DNA of 64,000 bases, taken from Haliotis rufescens. Lineage: Eukaryota. Positions 8,888 to 24,327 of this stretch are shown here, piece by piece. The translations under genes and the position numbers were made by a program. The first letter of the stretch is position 1, and every line of letters starts with the position of its first letter. The notes below the pieces were generated by a model. The model was not told the DNA's origin, did no database searches, and was given only the letters and a program-made list of their open reading frames with translations. The stretch is taken from positions 5,456,001-5,520,000 of the forward strand of contig NW_025963813.1 of NCBI RefSeq assembly GCF_023055435.1, in the 5' to 3' direction.

Positions 8888-11337
8888 CCTGCCAGTTACG
8901 TTTATCCACTTGAGAATAAACGATTTGAATGTCGCTATTGTGATTCACCACACCTTATATACTTGTGGTTCAGGAAATCAGGATGTTGAATGTAAATGCC
9001 CTCATTGGAAGATTTTCGAAAAGAAAATTCCAAGCGACTTTTTACACCCTGAGAGCGTGAAGAGTGAATCTTTATTATGTAATATCACATGGGACGGTGT
9101 CACCTGCCTCTCTATTTTATGCATATCTTCCTGCATAATTATAAAAATCAAGCTGTGTATTTGTGACCTAACCTGGCACCCAGTGGCTAGCTCACTGCTG
9201 GGAAGCATGATAGATTTAACTGTTCATCCAATGCAATTTCAAGCTACAGATGATTAGTGAGAAAAAAAATGAATGGAGAGAGAATTTATAAATGAATGAC
9301 AAATGTTGAACTCCAGTATTTCGTTGAGTGCATGTATTGAGTCTAGTAGGCTACCATTACTATGGGTCCAGGAGGTTTATCAACCTATGTCAAATGCGTG
9401 TTTTAAAGCAAAATGTTATGGGAAGGTTATTATTCCTTTCTTCATAATGAAACTTGATGTGAAGAGGGAAATGTTCAAGTTTGAGATATATTTTCAAAGT
9501 TTGAATTCCTACTTTTATAATCTCAAAGCCACATTATCTTCTATAATAAAACAAACTTCTTCTTTTTCTGTAACTAGCAAATCTTAAATTGCCGTTCAGG
9601 TAGCGCAACAATTACCAAAAATATCCAAACTGCTTTAATGAAAACGAACTTCATCATATTTTCAAAAGAACTGATAATATCAATATTTATCATGATATGA
9701 ACCCGGAAGTAGACACAGCTTTGTCTTGGCTAAACCGTCCTTAGTAGGCGTACGGATAAAAAACAAACGAGCAGGGTGTAACTGTGAGTTAGTGTTAGAG
9801 TGTGTGTCTGCGTTGTGGTCTGGAACTGGGTCTGTGTTTGAGTGTGAAAGTCCGGGCCACATTTAACTTGGTAACTGGCCCAAACCATATTTTTATAGAT
9901 TGTCGTAAAATCTCAGCTCTCCACATCACATGTGGACATGATATACTAATCCATCAGACGAATACCTGATGTAACCACTATTTCCCCAGGAACATGTATG
10001 CGGTGGTGGTGGTACAACTAACGATCTATGACCCATGTATGACCCCCTTCCAGCCTTACCTGCCCACACCCATCAACAAAACTCCACCACCGGAGTTGAA
10101 CATTCATCTGGCCTCAAAGCACAATGATTTTCCTTCTTTGCTATCTGCAGTGACATGTCAACCCACATTAATTAATATCGTTCATAGGCTGTTCTTCTGT
10201 TGCATGACTAACCTGTCACTTACAACTTACACCGCAAACTACCAGCCTGGGTCCAGCAGCTCGATTTCCAAATAACCACTGTCAACAATGGTCAGTGGAA
10301 GTATCGAGCCTAAACACACAGATCGACCTTTAAACTGGGGGTCAAATCATGGAAAGCTGGAGTCAATATCATGTACTCATTTGGGATCAAAACAAATTAT
10401 CAAGAGAATACAATGTCGAATCTCATGTCAAGCAAAACATATCTGGCCCAGACTCAACAAACCATCGAACAGAGCACCACGTTCTCCTCTTTACCTTCCG
10501 GGTCATGGTAAAACTTAAGGGACGTAACTGTGGTCTGAGGCCATCTGAGAGGGAATCTGCTTCCTTGAAGATTCATATTGCGCTGGATTCTTGAAAAGAA
10601 CAAACAAATTTGGACTTGTTTTTTTGTGTGGGCTTTTCTAGAAATCTTGTTGTTTTATTGGACATCTGCTCTACCTTATAAGGCCTTAATGTTATCATCA
10701 CCCCATGGGTGCACTGAGTCACACGTGTCACTTTTTTAGTTTGAACTTTCGCACGGCTGTAATTATAAAGTAGGTGGGCGTTCAGAGGCCGTAATGACAG
10801 TATGATACTAAAAGGGGACTCCGTGCATTTTCGGACAGAAATTGTCCACTTGCTTGGTTCAACATGTTTATAGGTTTACTCATCTGCCTTCGAGCTTCAG
10901 GACCTTTGTGGACAATGATTCTAATGTGACAATCACTGTGAAGGACATTGAAACGTAAGCAGTGGAACTACAATTAACTACTTTTATAACGAACACGCTT
11001 ATAACGAACTGACGGATATAAAGTATTGCCCTTAGGTCCCGGACTTTTGCTACATATATCCTGTATATGTGCTTATAATGAACTACGGTTATAACGAACT
11101 AAAATATGTGGTCTCTTTGAGTTCGTTATGACCGTGGTTTACTGTGGCTGATACTATCTTGAATTTGGTTGTACTTGAAGAAAATATAAGCCAAGAGAAA
11201 AGTACAATATACATGGCAGTTTTATTTTTGCTCGTTGAGGAATATACAGCTTTGGTCGATGCAGCATGGCGAGTGGAATCGACAAACATGATATCAAATG
11301 TCCAGCATTTGATGTGAATATGATGATACTTGAATGT

Positions 11338-11975
11338 TTAACCGTGGTGTCCGCCTCCATGACCACCACCTCCATGGCCACCTCCGTGACCGCCACCGTG
11401 GCCTCCTCCATGACCTCCACCGTGACCTCCTCCATGACCTCCTCCATGGCCGCCACCTCCGTGTCCTCCGCCATGACCTCCTTTGCCGCCACCGTGGCCG
11501 CCACCTCCATGGCCGCCTCCTCCGTGTCCTTTGCCACCTCCGTGGCCACCTCCTCCGTGTCCTTTGCCACCTCCGTGACCACCTCCATGACCACCTCCGT
11601 GACCACCACCATGACCTCCTCCATGGCCGCCGCCTCCATGACCACCACCGTGGCCTCCACCTCCATGACCACCACCACCATGGCCACCAAGGACGGAGCC
11701 AAGGAAGACTGTAAAGAATGTGAAGAAAAAACAATGCATAAGTGGTCATAGATGACAGGATGCATACATACAAAATCCGTCTACCAATCCTAATAAATGT
11801 TTACATCATGGTAGAAACTATCCTGATCATAACGTTGTCAGTATTATCGTAAAGCCATTTAAAACTCAGCAATAGCTCATAAAGTTGATTATTAGAAAGC
11901 TTGGGAATGCGAATTCGCATCAGATAAGGCAAACGTACCCAAGACTACAACAACTGCAACATTAAGAAGGCGCAT
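11338..11975 (-). CDS. Gly/His-rich secreted protein copy 3 (135 aa); exons 11975-11939, 11708-11338
   Basis: Same splice sites and open frame as copy 1. Confidence 0.9.
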
Positions 11976-14425
11976 CCTGCCAGTTACGTTTATCCACTTG
12001 AGAATAAACGATTTGAATGTCGCTATTGTGATTCACCACACCTTATATACTTGTGGTTCAGGAAATCAGGATGTTGAATGTAAATGCCCTCATTGGAAGA
12101 TTTTCGAAAAGAAAATTCCAAGCGACTTTTTACACCCTGAGAGCGTGAAGAGTGAATCTTTATTATGTAATATCACATGGGACGGTGTCACCTGCCTCTC
12201 TATTTTATGCATATCTTCCTGCATAATTATAAAAATCAAGCTGAGTATTTGTGACCTAACCTGGCACCCAGGGGCTAGCTCACTGCTGGGAAGCATGATA
12301 GATTTAACTGTTCATCCAATGCAATTTCAAGCTACAGATGAATAGTGAGAAAAAAAATGAATGGAGAGAGAATTTATAAATGAATGACAAATGTTGAACT
12401 CCAGTATTTCGTTGAGTGCATGTATTGAGTCTAGTAGGCTACCATTACTATGGGTCCAGGAGGTTTATCAACCTATGTCAAATGCGTGTTTTAAAGCAAA
12501 ATGTTATGGGAAGGTCATTATTCTTTTCTTCATAATGAAACTTGATGTGAAGAGGGAAATGTTCAAGTTTGAGATATATTTTCAAAGTTTGAATTCCTAC
12601 TTTTATAATCTCAAAGCCACATTATCTTCTATAATAAAACAAACTTCTTCTTTTTCTGTAACTAGCAAATCTTAAATTGCCGTTCAGGTAGCGCAACAAT
12701 TACCAAAAATATCCAAACTGCTTTAATGAAAACGAACTTCATCTTATTTTCAAAAGAACTGATAATATCAATATTTATCATGATATGAACCCGGAAGTAG
12801 ACACAGCTTTGTCTTGGCTAAGCCGTCCTTAGTAGGCGTACGGATAAAAAACAAACGAGCAGGGTGTAACTGTGAGTTAGTGTTAGAGTGTGTGTCTGCG
12901 TTGTGGTCTGGAACTGGGTCTGTGTTTGAGTGTGAAAGTCCGGGCCACATTTAACTTGGTAACTGGCCCAAACCATATTTTTATAGATTGTCGTAAAATC
13001 TCAGCTCTCCACATCACATGTGGACATGATATACTAATCCATCAGACGAATACCTGATGTAACCACTATTTCCCCAGGAACATGTATGCGGTGGTGGTGG
13101 TACAACTAACGATCTATGACCCATGTATGACCCCCTTCCAGCCTTACCTGCCCACACCCATCAACAAAACTCCACCACCGGAGTTGAACATTCATCTGGC
13201 CTCAAAGCACAATGATTTTCCTTCTTTGCTATCTGCAGTGACATGTCAACCCACATTAATTAATATCGTTCATAGGCTGTTCTTCTGTTGCATGACTAAC
13301 CTGTCACTTATAACTTACACCGCAAACTACCAGCCTGGGTCCAGCAGCTCGATTTCCAAGTAACCACTGTCAACAATGGTCAGTAGAAGTATCGAGCCTA
13401 AACACACAGATCGACCTTTAAACTGGGGGTCAAATCATGGAAAGCTGGAGTCAATATCATGTACTCATTTGGGATCAAAACAAATTATCAAGAAAATACA
13501 ATGTCGAATTTCATGTCAAGCAAAACATATCTGGCCCAGACTCAACAAACCATCGAACAGAGCACTACATTCTCCTCTTTACCTTCCGGATCATGGTAAA
13601 ACTTAAGGGACGTAACTGTGGTCTGAGGCCATCTGAGAGGGAATCTGCTTCCTTGAAGATTCATATTGCGCTGGATTCTTGAAAAGAACAAACAAATTTG
13701 GACTTGTTTTTTTGTGTGGGCTTTTCTAGAAATCTTGTTGTTTTATTGGACATCTGCTCTACCTTATAAGGCCTTAATGTTATCATCACCCCATGGGTGC
13801 ACTGAGTCACACGTGTCACTTTTTTAGTTTGAACTTTCGCACGGCTGTAATTATAAAGTAGGTGGGCGTTTAGAGGCCGTAATGACAGTATGATACTAAA
13901 AGGGGACTCCGTGCATTTTCGGACAGAAATTGTCCACTTGCTTGGTTCAACATGTTTATAGGTTTACTCATCTGCCTTCGAGCTTCAGGACCTTTGTGGA
14001 CAATGATTCTAATGTGACAATCACTGTGAAGGACATTGAAACGTAAGCAGTGGAACTACAATTAACTACTTTTATAACGAACACGCTTATAACGAACTGA
14101 CGGATATAAAGTATTGCCCTTAGGTCCCGGACTTTTGCTACATATATCCTGTATATGTGCTTATAATGAACTACGGTTATAACGAACTAAAATATGTGGT
14201 CTCTTTGAGTTCGTTATGACCGTGGTTTACTGTGGCTGATACTATCTTGAATTTGGTTGTACTTGAAGAAAATATAAGCCAAGAGAAAAGTACAATATAC
14301 ATGGCAGTTTTATTTTTGCTCGTTGAGGAATATACAGCTTTGGTCGATGCAGCATGGCGAGTGGAATCGACAAACATGATATCAAATGTCCAGCATTTGA
14401 TGTGAATATGATGATACTTGAATGT

Positions 14426-15063
14426 TTAACCGTGGTGTCCGCCTCCATGACCACCACCTCCATGGCCACCTCCGTGACCGCCACCGTGGCCTCCTCCATG
14501 ACCTCCACCGTGACCTCCTCCATGACCTCCTCCATGGCCGCCACCTCCGTGTCCTCCGCCATGACCTCCTTTGCCGCCACCGTGGCCGCCACCTCCATGG
14601 CCGCCTCCTCCGTGTCCTTTGCCACCACCGTGGCCACCTCCTCCGTGTCCTTTGCCACCTCCGTGACCACCTCCATGACCACCTCCGTGACCACCACCAT
14701 GACCTCCTCCATGGCCGCCGCCTCCATGACCACCACCGTGGCCTCCACCTCCATGACCACCACCACCATGGCCACCAAGGACGGAGCCAAGGAAGACTGT
14801 AAAGAATGTGAAGAAAAAACAATGCATAAGTGGTCATAGATGACAGGATGCATACATACAAAATCCGTCTACCAATCCTAATAAATGTTTACATCATGGT
14901 AGAAACTATCCTGATCATAACGTTGTCAGTATTATCGTAAAGCCATTTAAAACTCAGCAATAGCTCATAAAGTTGATTATTAGAAAGCTTGGGAATGCGA
15001 ATTCGCATCAGATAAGGCAAACGTACCCAAGACTACAACAACTGCAACATTAAGAAGGCGCAT
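14426..15063 (-). CDS. Gly/His-rich secreted protein copy 4 (135 aa); exons 15063-15027, 14796-14426
   Basis: Same structure; synonymous Gly change shared with copy 5. Confidence 0.9.
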
Positions 15064-17513
15064 CCTGCCAGTTACGTTTATCCACTTGAGAATAAACGAT
15101 TTGAATGTCGCTATTGTGATTCACCACACCTTATATACTTGTGGTTCAGGAAATCAGGATGTTGAATGTAAATGCCCTCATTGGAAGATTTTCGAAAAGA
15201 AAATTCCAAGCGACTTTTTACACCCTGAGAGCGTGAAGAGTGAATCTTTATTATGTAATATCACATGGGACGGTGTCACCTGCCTCTCTATTTTATGCAT
15301 ATCTTCCTGCATAATTATAAAAATCAAGCTGTGTATTTGTGACCTAACCTGGCACCCAGTGGCTAGCTCACTGCTGGGAAGCATGATAGATTTAACTGTT
15401 CATCCAATGCAATTTCAAGCTACAGATGAATAGTGAGAAAAAAAATGAATGGAGAGAGAATTTATAAATGAATGACAAATGTTGAACTCCAGTATTTCGT
15501 TGAGTGCATGTATTGAGTCTAGTAGGCTACCATTACTATGGGTCCAGGAGGTTTATCAACCTATGTCAAATGCGTGTTTTAAAGCAAAATGTTATGGGAA
15601 GGTCATTATTCCTTTCTTCATAATGAAACTTGATGTGAAGAGGGAAATGTTCAAGTTTGAGATATATTTTCAAAGTTTGCATTCCTACTTTTATAATCTC
15701 AAAGCCACATTATCTTCTATAATAAAACAAACTTCTTCTTTTTCTGTAACTAGCAAATCTTAAATTGCCGTTCAGGTAGCGCAACAATTACCAAAAATAT
15801 CCAAACTGCTTTAATGAAAACGAACTTCATCTTATTTTCAAAAGAACTGATAATATCAATATTTATCATGATATGAACCCGGAAGTAGACACAGCTTTGT
15901 CTTGGCTAAACCGTCCTTAGTAGGCGTACGGATAAAAAACAAACGAGCAGGGTGTAACTGTGAGTTAGTGTTAGAGTGTGTGTCTGCGTTGTGGTCTGGA
16001 ACTGGGTCTGTGTTTGAGTGTGAAAGTCCGGGCCACATTTAACTTGGTAACTGGCCCAAACCATATTTTTATAGATTGTCGTAAAATCTCAGCTCTCCAC
16101 ATCACATGTGGACATGATATACTAATCCATCAGACGAATACCTGATGTAACCACTATTTCCCCAGGAACATGTATGCGGTGGTGGTGGTACAACTAACGA
16201 TCTATGACCCATGTATGACCCCCTTCCAGCCTTACCTGCCCACACCCATCAACAAAACTCCACCACCGGAGTTGAACATTCATCTGGCCTCAAAGCACAA
16301 TGATTTTCCTTCTTTGCTATCTGCAGTGACATGTCAACCCACATTAATTAATATCGTTCATAGGCTGTTCTTCTGTTGCATGACTAACCTGTCACTTACA
16401 ACTTACACCGCAAACTACCAGCCTGGGTCCAGCAGCTCGATTTCCAAATAACCACTGTCAACAATGGTCAGTGGAAGTATCGAGCCTAAACACACAGATC
16501 GACCTTTAAACTGGGGGTCAAATCATGGAAAGCTGGAGTCAATATCATGTACTCATTTGGGATCAAAACAAATTATCAAGAGAATACAATGTCGAATCTC
16601 ATGTCAAGCAAAACATATCTGGCCCAGACTCAACAAACCACCGAACAGAGCACTACATTCTCCTCTTTACCTTCCGGGTCATGGTAAAACTTAAGGGACG
16701 TAACTGTGGTCTGAGGCCATCTGAGAGGGAATCTGCTTCCTTGAAGATTCATATTGCGCTGGATTCTTGAAAAGAACAAACAAATTTGGACTTGTTTTTT
16801 TGTGTGGGCTTTTCTAGAAATCTTGTTGTTTTATTGGACATCTGCTCTACCTTATAAGGCCTTAATGTTATCATCACCCCATGGGTGCACTGAGTCACAC
16901 GTGTCACTTTTTTAGTTTGAACTTTCGCACGGCTGTAATTATAAAGTAGGTGGGCGTTTAGAGGCCGTAATGACAGTATGATACTAAAAGGGGACTCCGT
17001 GCATTTTCGGACAGAAATTGTCCACTTGCTTGGTTCAACATGTTTATAGGTTTACTCATCTGCCTTCGAGCTTCAGGACCTTTGTGGACAATGATTCTAA
17101 TGTGACAATCACTGTGAAGGACATTGAAACGTAAGCAGTGGAACTACAATTAACTACTTTTATAACGAACACGCTTATAACGAACTGACGGATATAAAGT
17201 ATTGCCCTTAGGTCCCGGACTTTTGCTACATATATCCTGTATATGTGCTTATAATGAACTACGGTTATAACGAACTAAAATATGTGGTCTCTTTGAGTTC
17301 GTTATGACCGTGGTTTACTGTGGCTGATACTATCTTGAATTTGGTTGTACTTGAAGAAAATATAAGCCAAGAGAAAAGTACAATATACATGGCAGTTTTA
17401 TTTTTGCTCGTTGAGGAATATACAGCTTTGGTCGATGCAGCATGGCGAGTGGAATCGACAAACATGATATCAAATGTCCAGCATTTGATGTGAATATGAT
17501 GATACTTGAATGT

Positions 17514-18151
17514 TTAACCGTGGTGTCCGCCTCCATGACCACCACCTCCATGGCCACCTCCGTGACCGCCACCGTGGCCTCCTCCATGACCTCCACCGTG
17601 ACCTCCTCCATGACCTCCTCCATGGCCGCCACCTCCGTGTCCTCCGCCATGACCTCCTTTGCCGCCACCGTGGCCGCCACCTCCATGGCCGCCTCCTCCG
17701 TGTCCTTTGCCACCACCGTGGCCACCTCCTCCGTGTCCTTTGCCACCTCCGTGACCACCTCCATGACCACCTCCGTGACCACCACCATGACCTCCTCCAT
17801 GGCCGCCGCCTCCATGACCACCACCGTGGCCTCCACCTCCATGACCACCACCACCATGGCCACCAAGGACGGAGCCAAGGAAGACTGTAAAGAATGTGAA
17901 GAAAAAACAATGCATAAGTGGTCATAGATGACAGGATGCATACATACAAAATCCGTCTACCAATCCTAATAAATGTTTACATCATGGTAGAAACTATCCT
18001 GATCATAACGTTGTCAGTATTATCGTAAAGCCATTTAAAACTCAGCAATAGCTCATAAAGTTGATTATTAGAAAGCTTGGGAATGCGAATTCGCATCAGA
18101 TAAGGCAAACGTACCCAAGACTACAACAACTGCAACATTAAGAAGGCGCAT
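17514..18151 (-). CDS. Gly/His-rich secreted protein copy 5 (135 aa); exons 18151-18115, 17884-17514
   Basis: Same splice sites and open frame. Confidence 0.9.
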
Positions 18152-20601
18152 CCTGCCAGTTACGTTTATCCACTTGAGAATAAACGATTTGAATGTCGCT
18201 ATTGTGATTCACCACACCTTATATACTTGTGGTTCAGGAAATCAGGATGTTGAATGTAAATGCCCTCATTGGAAGATTTTCGAAAAGAAAATTCCAAGCG
18301 ACTTTTTACACCCTGAGAGCGTGAAGAGTGAATCTTTATTATGTAATATCACATGGGACGGTGTCACCTGCCTCTCTATTTTATGCATATCTTCCTGCAT
18401 AATTATAAAAATCAAGCTGTGTATTTGTGACCTAACCTGGCACCCAGTGGCTAGCTCACTGCTGGGAAGCATGATAGATTTAACTGTTCATCCAATGCAA
18501 TTTCAAGCTACAGATGAATAGTGAGAAAAAAAATGAATGGAGAGAGAATTTATAAATGAATGACAAATGTTGAACTCCAGTATTTCGTTGAGTGCATGTA
18601 TTGAGTCTAGTAGGCTACCATTACTATGGGTCCAGGAGGTTTATCAACCTATGTCAAATGCGTGTTTTAAAGCAAAATGTTATGGGAAGGTCATTATTCC
18701 TTTCTTCATAATGAAACTTGATGTGAAGAGGGAAATGTTCAAGTTTGAGATATATTTTCAAAGTTTGAATTCCTACTTTTATAATCTCAAAGCCACATTA
18801 TCTTCTATAATAAAACAAACTTCTTCTTTTTCTGTAACTAGCAAATCTTAAATTGCCGTTCAGGTAGCGCAACAATTACCAAAAATATCCAAACTGCTTT
18901 AATGAAAACGAACTTCATCTTATTTTCAAAAGAACTGATAATATCAATATTTATCATGATATGAACCCGGAAGTAGACACAGCTTTGTCTTGGCTAAACC
19001 GTCCTTAGTAGGCGTACGGATAAAAAACAAACGAGCAGGGTGTAACTGTGAGTTAGTGTTAGAGTGTGTGTCTGCGTTGTGGTCTGGAACTGGGTCTGTG
19101 TTTGAGTGTGAAAGTCCGGGCCACATTTAACTTGGTAACTGGCCCAAACCATATTTTTATAGATTGTCGTAAAATCTCAGCTCTCCACATCACATGTGGA
19201 CATGATATACTAATCCATCAGACGAATACCTGATGTAACCACTATTTCCCCAGGAACATGTATGCGGTGGTGGTGGTACAACTAACGATCTATGACCCAT
19301 GTATGACCCCCTTCCAGCCTTACCTGCCCACACCCATCAACAAAACTCCACCACCGGAGTTGAACATTCATCTGGCCTCAAAGCACAATGATTTTCCTTC
19401 TTTGCTATCTGCAGTGACATGTCAACCCACATTAATTAATATCGTTCATAGGCTGTTCTTCTGTTGCATGACTAACCTGTCACTTACAACTTACACCGCA
19501 AACTACCAGCCTGGGTCCAGCAGCTCGATTTCCAAATAACCACTGTCAACAATGGTCAGTGGAAGTATCGAGCCTAAACACACAGATCGACCTTTAAACT
19601 GGGGGTCAAATCATGGAAAGCTGGAGTCAATATCATGTACTCATTTGGGATCAAAACAAATTATCAAGAGAATACAATGTCGAATCTCATGTCAAGCAAA
19701 ACATATCTGGCCCAGACTCAACAAACCACCGAACAGAGCACTACATTCTCCTCTTTACCTTCCGGGTCATGGTAAAACTTAAGGGACGTAACTGTGGTCT
19801 GAGGCCATCTGAGAGGGAATCTGCTTCCTTGAAGATTCATATTGCGCTGGATTCTTGAAAAGAACAAACAAATTTGGACTTGTTTTTTTGTGTGGGCTTT
19901 TCTAGAAATCTTGTTGTTTTATTGGACATCTGCTCTACCTTATAAGGCCTTAATGTTATCATCACCCCATGGGTGCACTGAGTCACACGTGTCACTTTTT
20001 TAGTTTGAACTTTCGCACGGCTGTAATTATAAAGTAGGTGGGCGTTTAGAGGCCGTAATGACAGTATGATACTAAAAGGGGACTCCGTGCATTTTCGGAC
20101 AGAAATTGTCCACTTGCTTGGTTCAACATGTTTATAGGTTTACTCATCTGCCTTCGAGCTTCAGGACCTTTGTGGACAATGATTCTAATGTGACAATCAC
20201 TGTGAAGGACATTGAAACGTAAGCAGTGGAACTACAATTAACTACTTTTATAACGAACACGCTTATAACGAACTGACGGATATAAAGTATTGCCCTTAGG
20301 TCCCGGACTTTTGCTACATATATCCTGTATATGTGCTTATAATGAACTACGGTTATAACAAACTAAAATATGTGGTCCCTTTGAGTTCGTTATGACCGTG
20401 GTTTACTGTGGCTGATACTATCTTGAATTTGGTTGTACTTGAAGAAAATATAAGCCAAGAGAAAAGTACAATATACATGGCAGTTTTATTTGTGCTCGTT
20501 GAGGAATATACAGCTTTGGTCGATGCAGCATGGCGAGTGGAATCGACAAACATGATATCAAATGTCCAGCATTTGATGTGAATATGATGATACTTGAATG
20601 T

Positions 20602-21239
20602 TTAACCGTGGTGTCCGCCTCCATGACCACCACCTCCATGGCCACCTCCGTGACCGCCACCGTGGCCTCCTCCATGACCTCCACCGTGACCTCCTCCATG
20701 ACCTCCTCCATGGCCGCCACCTCCGTGTCCTCCGCCATGACCTCCTTTGCCGCCACCGTGGCCGCCACCTCCATGGCCGCCTCCTCCGTGTCCTTTGCCA
20801 CCTCCGTGGCCACCTCCTCCGTGTCCTTTGCCACCTCCGTGACCACCTCCATGACCACCTCCGTGACCACCACCATGACCTCCTCCATGGCCGCCGCCTC
20901 CATGACCACCACCGTGGCCTCCACCTCCATGACCACCACCACCATGGCCACCAAGGACGGAGCCAAGGAAGACTGTAAAGAATGTGAAGAAAAAACAATG
21001 CATAAGTGGTCATAGATGACAGGATGCATACATACAAAATCCGTCTACCAATCCTAATAAATGTTTACATCATGGTAGAAACTATCCTGATCATAACGTT
21101 GTCAGTATTATCGTAAAGCCATTTAAAACTCAGCAATAGCTCATAAAGTTGATTATTAGAAAGCTTGGGAATGCGAATTCGCATCAGATAAGGCAAACGT
21201 ACCCAAGACTACAACAACTGCAACATTAAGAAGGCGCAT
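20602..21239 (-). CDS. Gly/His-rich secreted protein copy 6 (135 aa); exons 21239-21203, 20972-20602
   Basis: Same splice sites and open frame. Confidence 0.9.
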
Positions 21240-23689
21240 CCTGCCAGTTACGTTTATCCACTTGAGAATAAACGATTTGAATGTCGCTATTGTGATTCAC
21301 CACACCTTATATACTTGTGGTTCAGGAAATCAGGATGTTGAATGTAAATGCCCTCATTGGAAGATTTTCGAAAAGAAAATTCCAAGCGACTTTTTACACC
21401 CTGAGAGCGTGAAGAGTGAATCTTTATTATGTAATATCACATGGGACGGTGTCACCTGCCTCTCTATTTTATGCATATCTTCCTGCATAATTATAAAAAT
21501 CAAGCTGAGTATTTGTGACCTAACCTGGCACCCAGTGGCTAGCTCACTGCTGGGAAGCATGATAGATTTAACTGTTCATCCAATGCAATTTCAAGCTACA
21601 GATGAATAGTGAGAGAAAAAATGAATGGAGAGAGAATTTATAAATGAATGACAAATGTTGAACTCCAGTATTTCGTTGAGTGCATGTATTGAGTCTAGTA
21701 GGCTACCATTACTATGGGTCCAGGAGGTTTATCAACCTATGTCAAATGCGTGTTTTAAAGCAAAATGTTATGGGAAGGTCATTATTCTTTTCTTCATAAT
21801 GAAACTTGATGTGAAGAGGGAAATGTTCAAGTTTGAGATATATTTTCAAAGTTTGAATTCCTACTTTTATAATCTCAAAGCCACATTATCTTCTTTAATA
21901 AAACAAACTTCTTCTTTTTCTGTAACTAGCAAATCTTAAATTGCCGTTCAGGTAGCGCAACAATTACCAAAAATATCCAAACTGCTTTAATGAAAACGAA
22001 CTTCATCTTATTTTCAAAAGAACTGATAATATCAATATTTATCATGATATGAACCCGGAAGTAGACACAGCTTTGTCTTGGCTAAACCGTCCTTAGTAGG
22101 CGTACGGATAAAAAACAAACGAGCAGGGTGTAACTGTGAGTTAGTGTTAGAGTGTGTGTCTGCGTTGTGGTCTGGAACTGGGTCTGTGTTTGAGTGTGAA
22201 AGTCCGGGCCACATTTAACTTGGTAACTGGCCCAAACCATATTTTTATAGATTGTCGTAAAATCTCAGCTCTCCACATCACATGTGGACATGATATACTA
22301 ATCCATCAGACGAATACCTGATGTAACCACTATTTCCCCAGGAACATGTATGCGGTGGTGGTGGTACAACTAACGATCTATGACCCATGTATGACCCCCT
22401 TCCAGCCTTACCTGCCCACACCCATCAACAAAACTCCACCACCGGAGTTGAACATTCATCTGGCCTCAAAGCACAATGATTTTCCTTCTTTGCTATCTGC
22501 AGTGACATGTCAACCCACATTAATTAATATCGTTCATAGGCTGTTCTTCTGTTGCATGACTAACCTGTCACTTATAACTTACACCGCAAACTACCAGCCT
22601 GGGTCCAGCAGCTCGATTTCCAAATAACCACTGTCAACAATGGTCAGTGGAAGTATCGAGCCTAAACACACAGATCGACCTTTAAACTGGGGGTCAAATC
22701 ATGGAAAGCTGGAGTCAATATCATGTACTCATTTGGGATCAAAACAAATTATCAAGAAAATACAATGTCGAATCTCATGTCAAGCAAAACATATCTGGCC
22801 CAGACTCAACAAACCATCGAACAGAGCACTACATTCTCCTCTTTACCTTCCGGATCATGGTAAAACTTAAGGGACGTAACTGTGGTCTGAGGCCATCTGA
22901 GAGGGAATCTGCTTCCTTGAAGATTCATATTGCGCTGGATTCTTGAAAAGAACAAACAAATTTGGACTTGTTTTTTTGTGTGGGCTTTTCTAGAAATCTT
23001 GTTGTTTTATTGGACATCTGCTCTACCTTATAAGGCCTTAATGTTATCATCACCCCATGGGTGCACTGAGTCACACGTGTCACTTTTTTAGTTTGAACTT
23101 TCGCACGGCTGTAATTATAAAGTAGGTGGGCGTTTAGAGGCCGTAATGACAGTATGATACTAAAAGGGGACTCCGTGCATTTTCGGACAGAAATTGTCCA
23201 CTTGCTTGGTTCAACATGTTTATAGGTTTACTCATCTGCCTTCGAGCTTCAGGACCTTTGTGGACAATGATTCTAATGTGACAATCACTGTGAAGGACAT
23301 TGAAACGTAAGCAGTGGAACTACAATTAACTACTTTTATAACGAACACGCTTATAACGAACTGACGGATATAAAGTATTGCCCTTAGGTCCCGGACTTTT
23401 GCTACATATATCCTGTATATGTGCTTATAATGAACTACGGTTATAACGAACTAAAATATGTGGTCCCTTTGAGTTCGTTATGACCGTGGTTTACTGTGGC
23501 TGATACTATCTTGAATTTGGTTGTACTTGAAGAAAATATAAGCCAAGAGAAAATTACAATATACATGGCAGTTTTATTTGTGCTCGTTGAGGAATATACA
23601 GCTTTGGTCGATGCAGCATGGCGAGTGGAATCGACAAACATGATATCAAATGTCCAGCATTTGATGTGAATATGATGATACTTGAATGT

Positions 23690-24327
23690 TTAACCGTGGT
23701 GTCCGCCTCCATGACCACCACCTCCATGGCCACCTCCGTGACCGCCACCGTGGCCTCCTCCATGACCTCCACCGTGACCTCCTCCATGACCTCCTCCATG
23801 GCCGCCACCTCCGTGTCCTCCGCCATGACCTCCTTTGCCGCCACCGTGGCCGCCACCTCCATGGCCGCCTCCTCCGTGTCCTTTGCCACCTCCGTGGCCA
23901 CCTCCTCCGTGTCCTTTGCCACCTCCGTGACCACCTCCATGACCACCTCCGTGACCACCACCATGACCTCCTCCATGGCCGCCGCCTCCATGACCACCAC
24001 CGTGGCCTCCACCTCCATGACCACCACCACCATGGCCACCAAGGACGGAGCCAAGGAAGACTGTAAAGAATGTGAAGAAAAAACAATGCATAAGTGGTCA
24101 TAGATGACAGGATGCATACATACAAAATCCGTCTACCAATCCTAATAAATGTTTACATCATGGTAGAAACTATCCTGATCATAACGTTGTCAGTATTATC
24201 GTAAAGCCATTTAAAACTCAGCAATAGCTCATAAAGTTGATTATTAGAAAGCTTGGGAATGCGAATTCGCATCAGATAAGGCAAACGTACCCAAGACTAC
24301 AACAACTGCAACATTAAGAAGGCGCAT
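23690..24327 (-). CDS. Gly/His-rich secreted protein copy 7 (135 aa); exons 24327-24291, 24060-23690
   Basis: Same splice sites and open frame. Confidence 0.9.
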
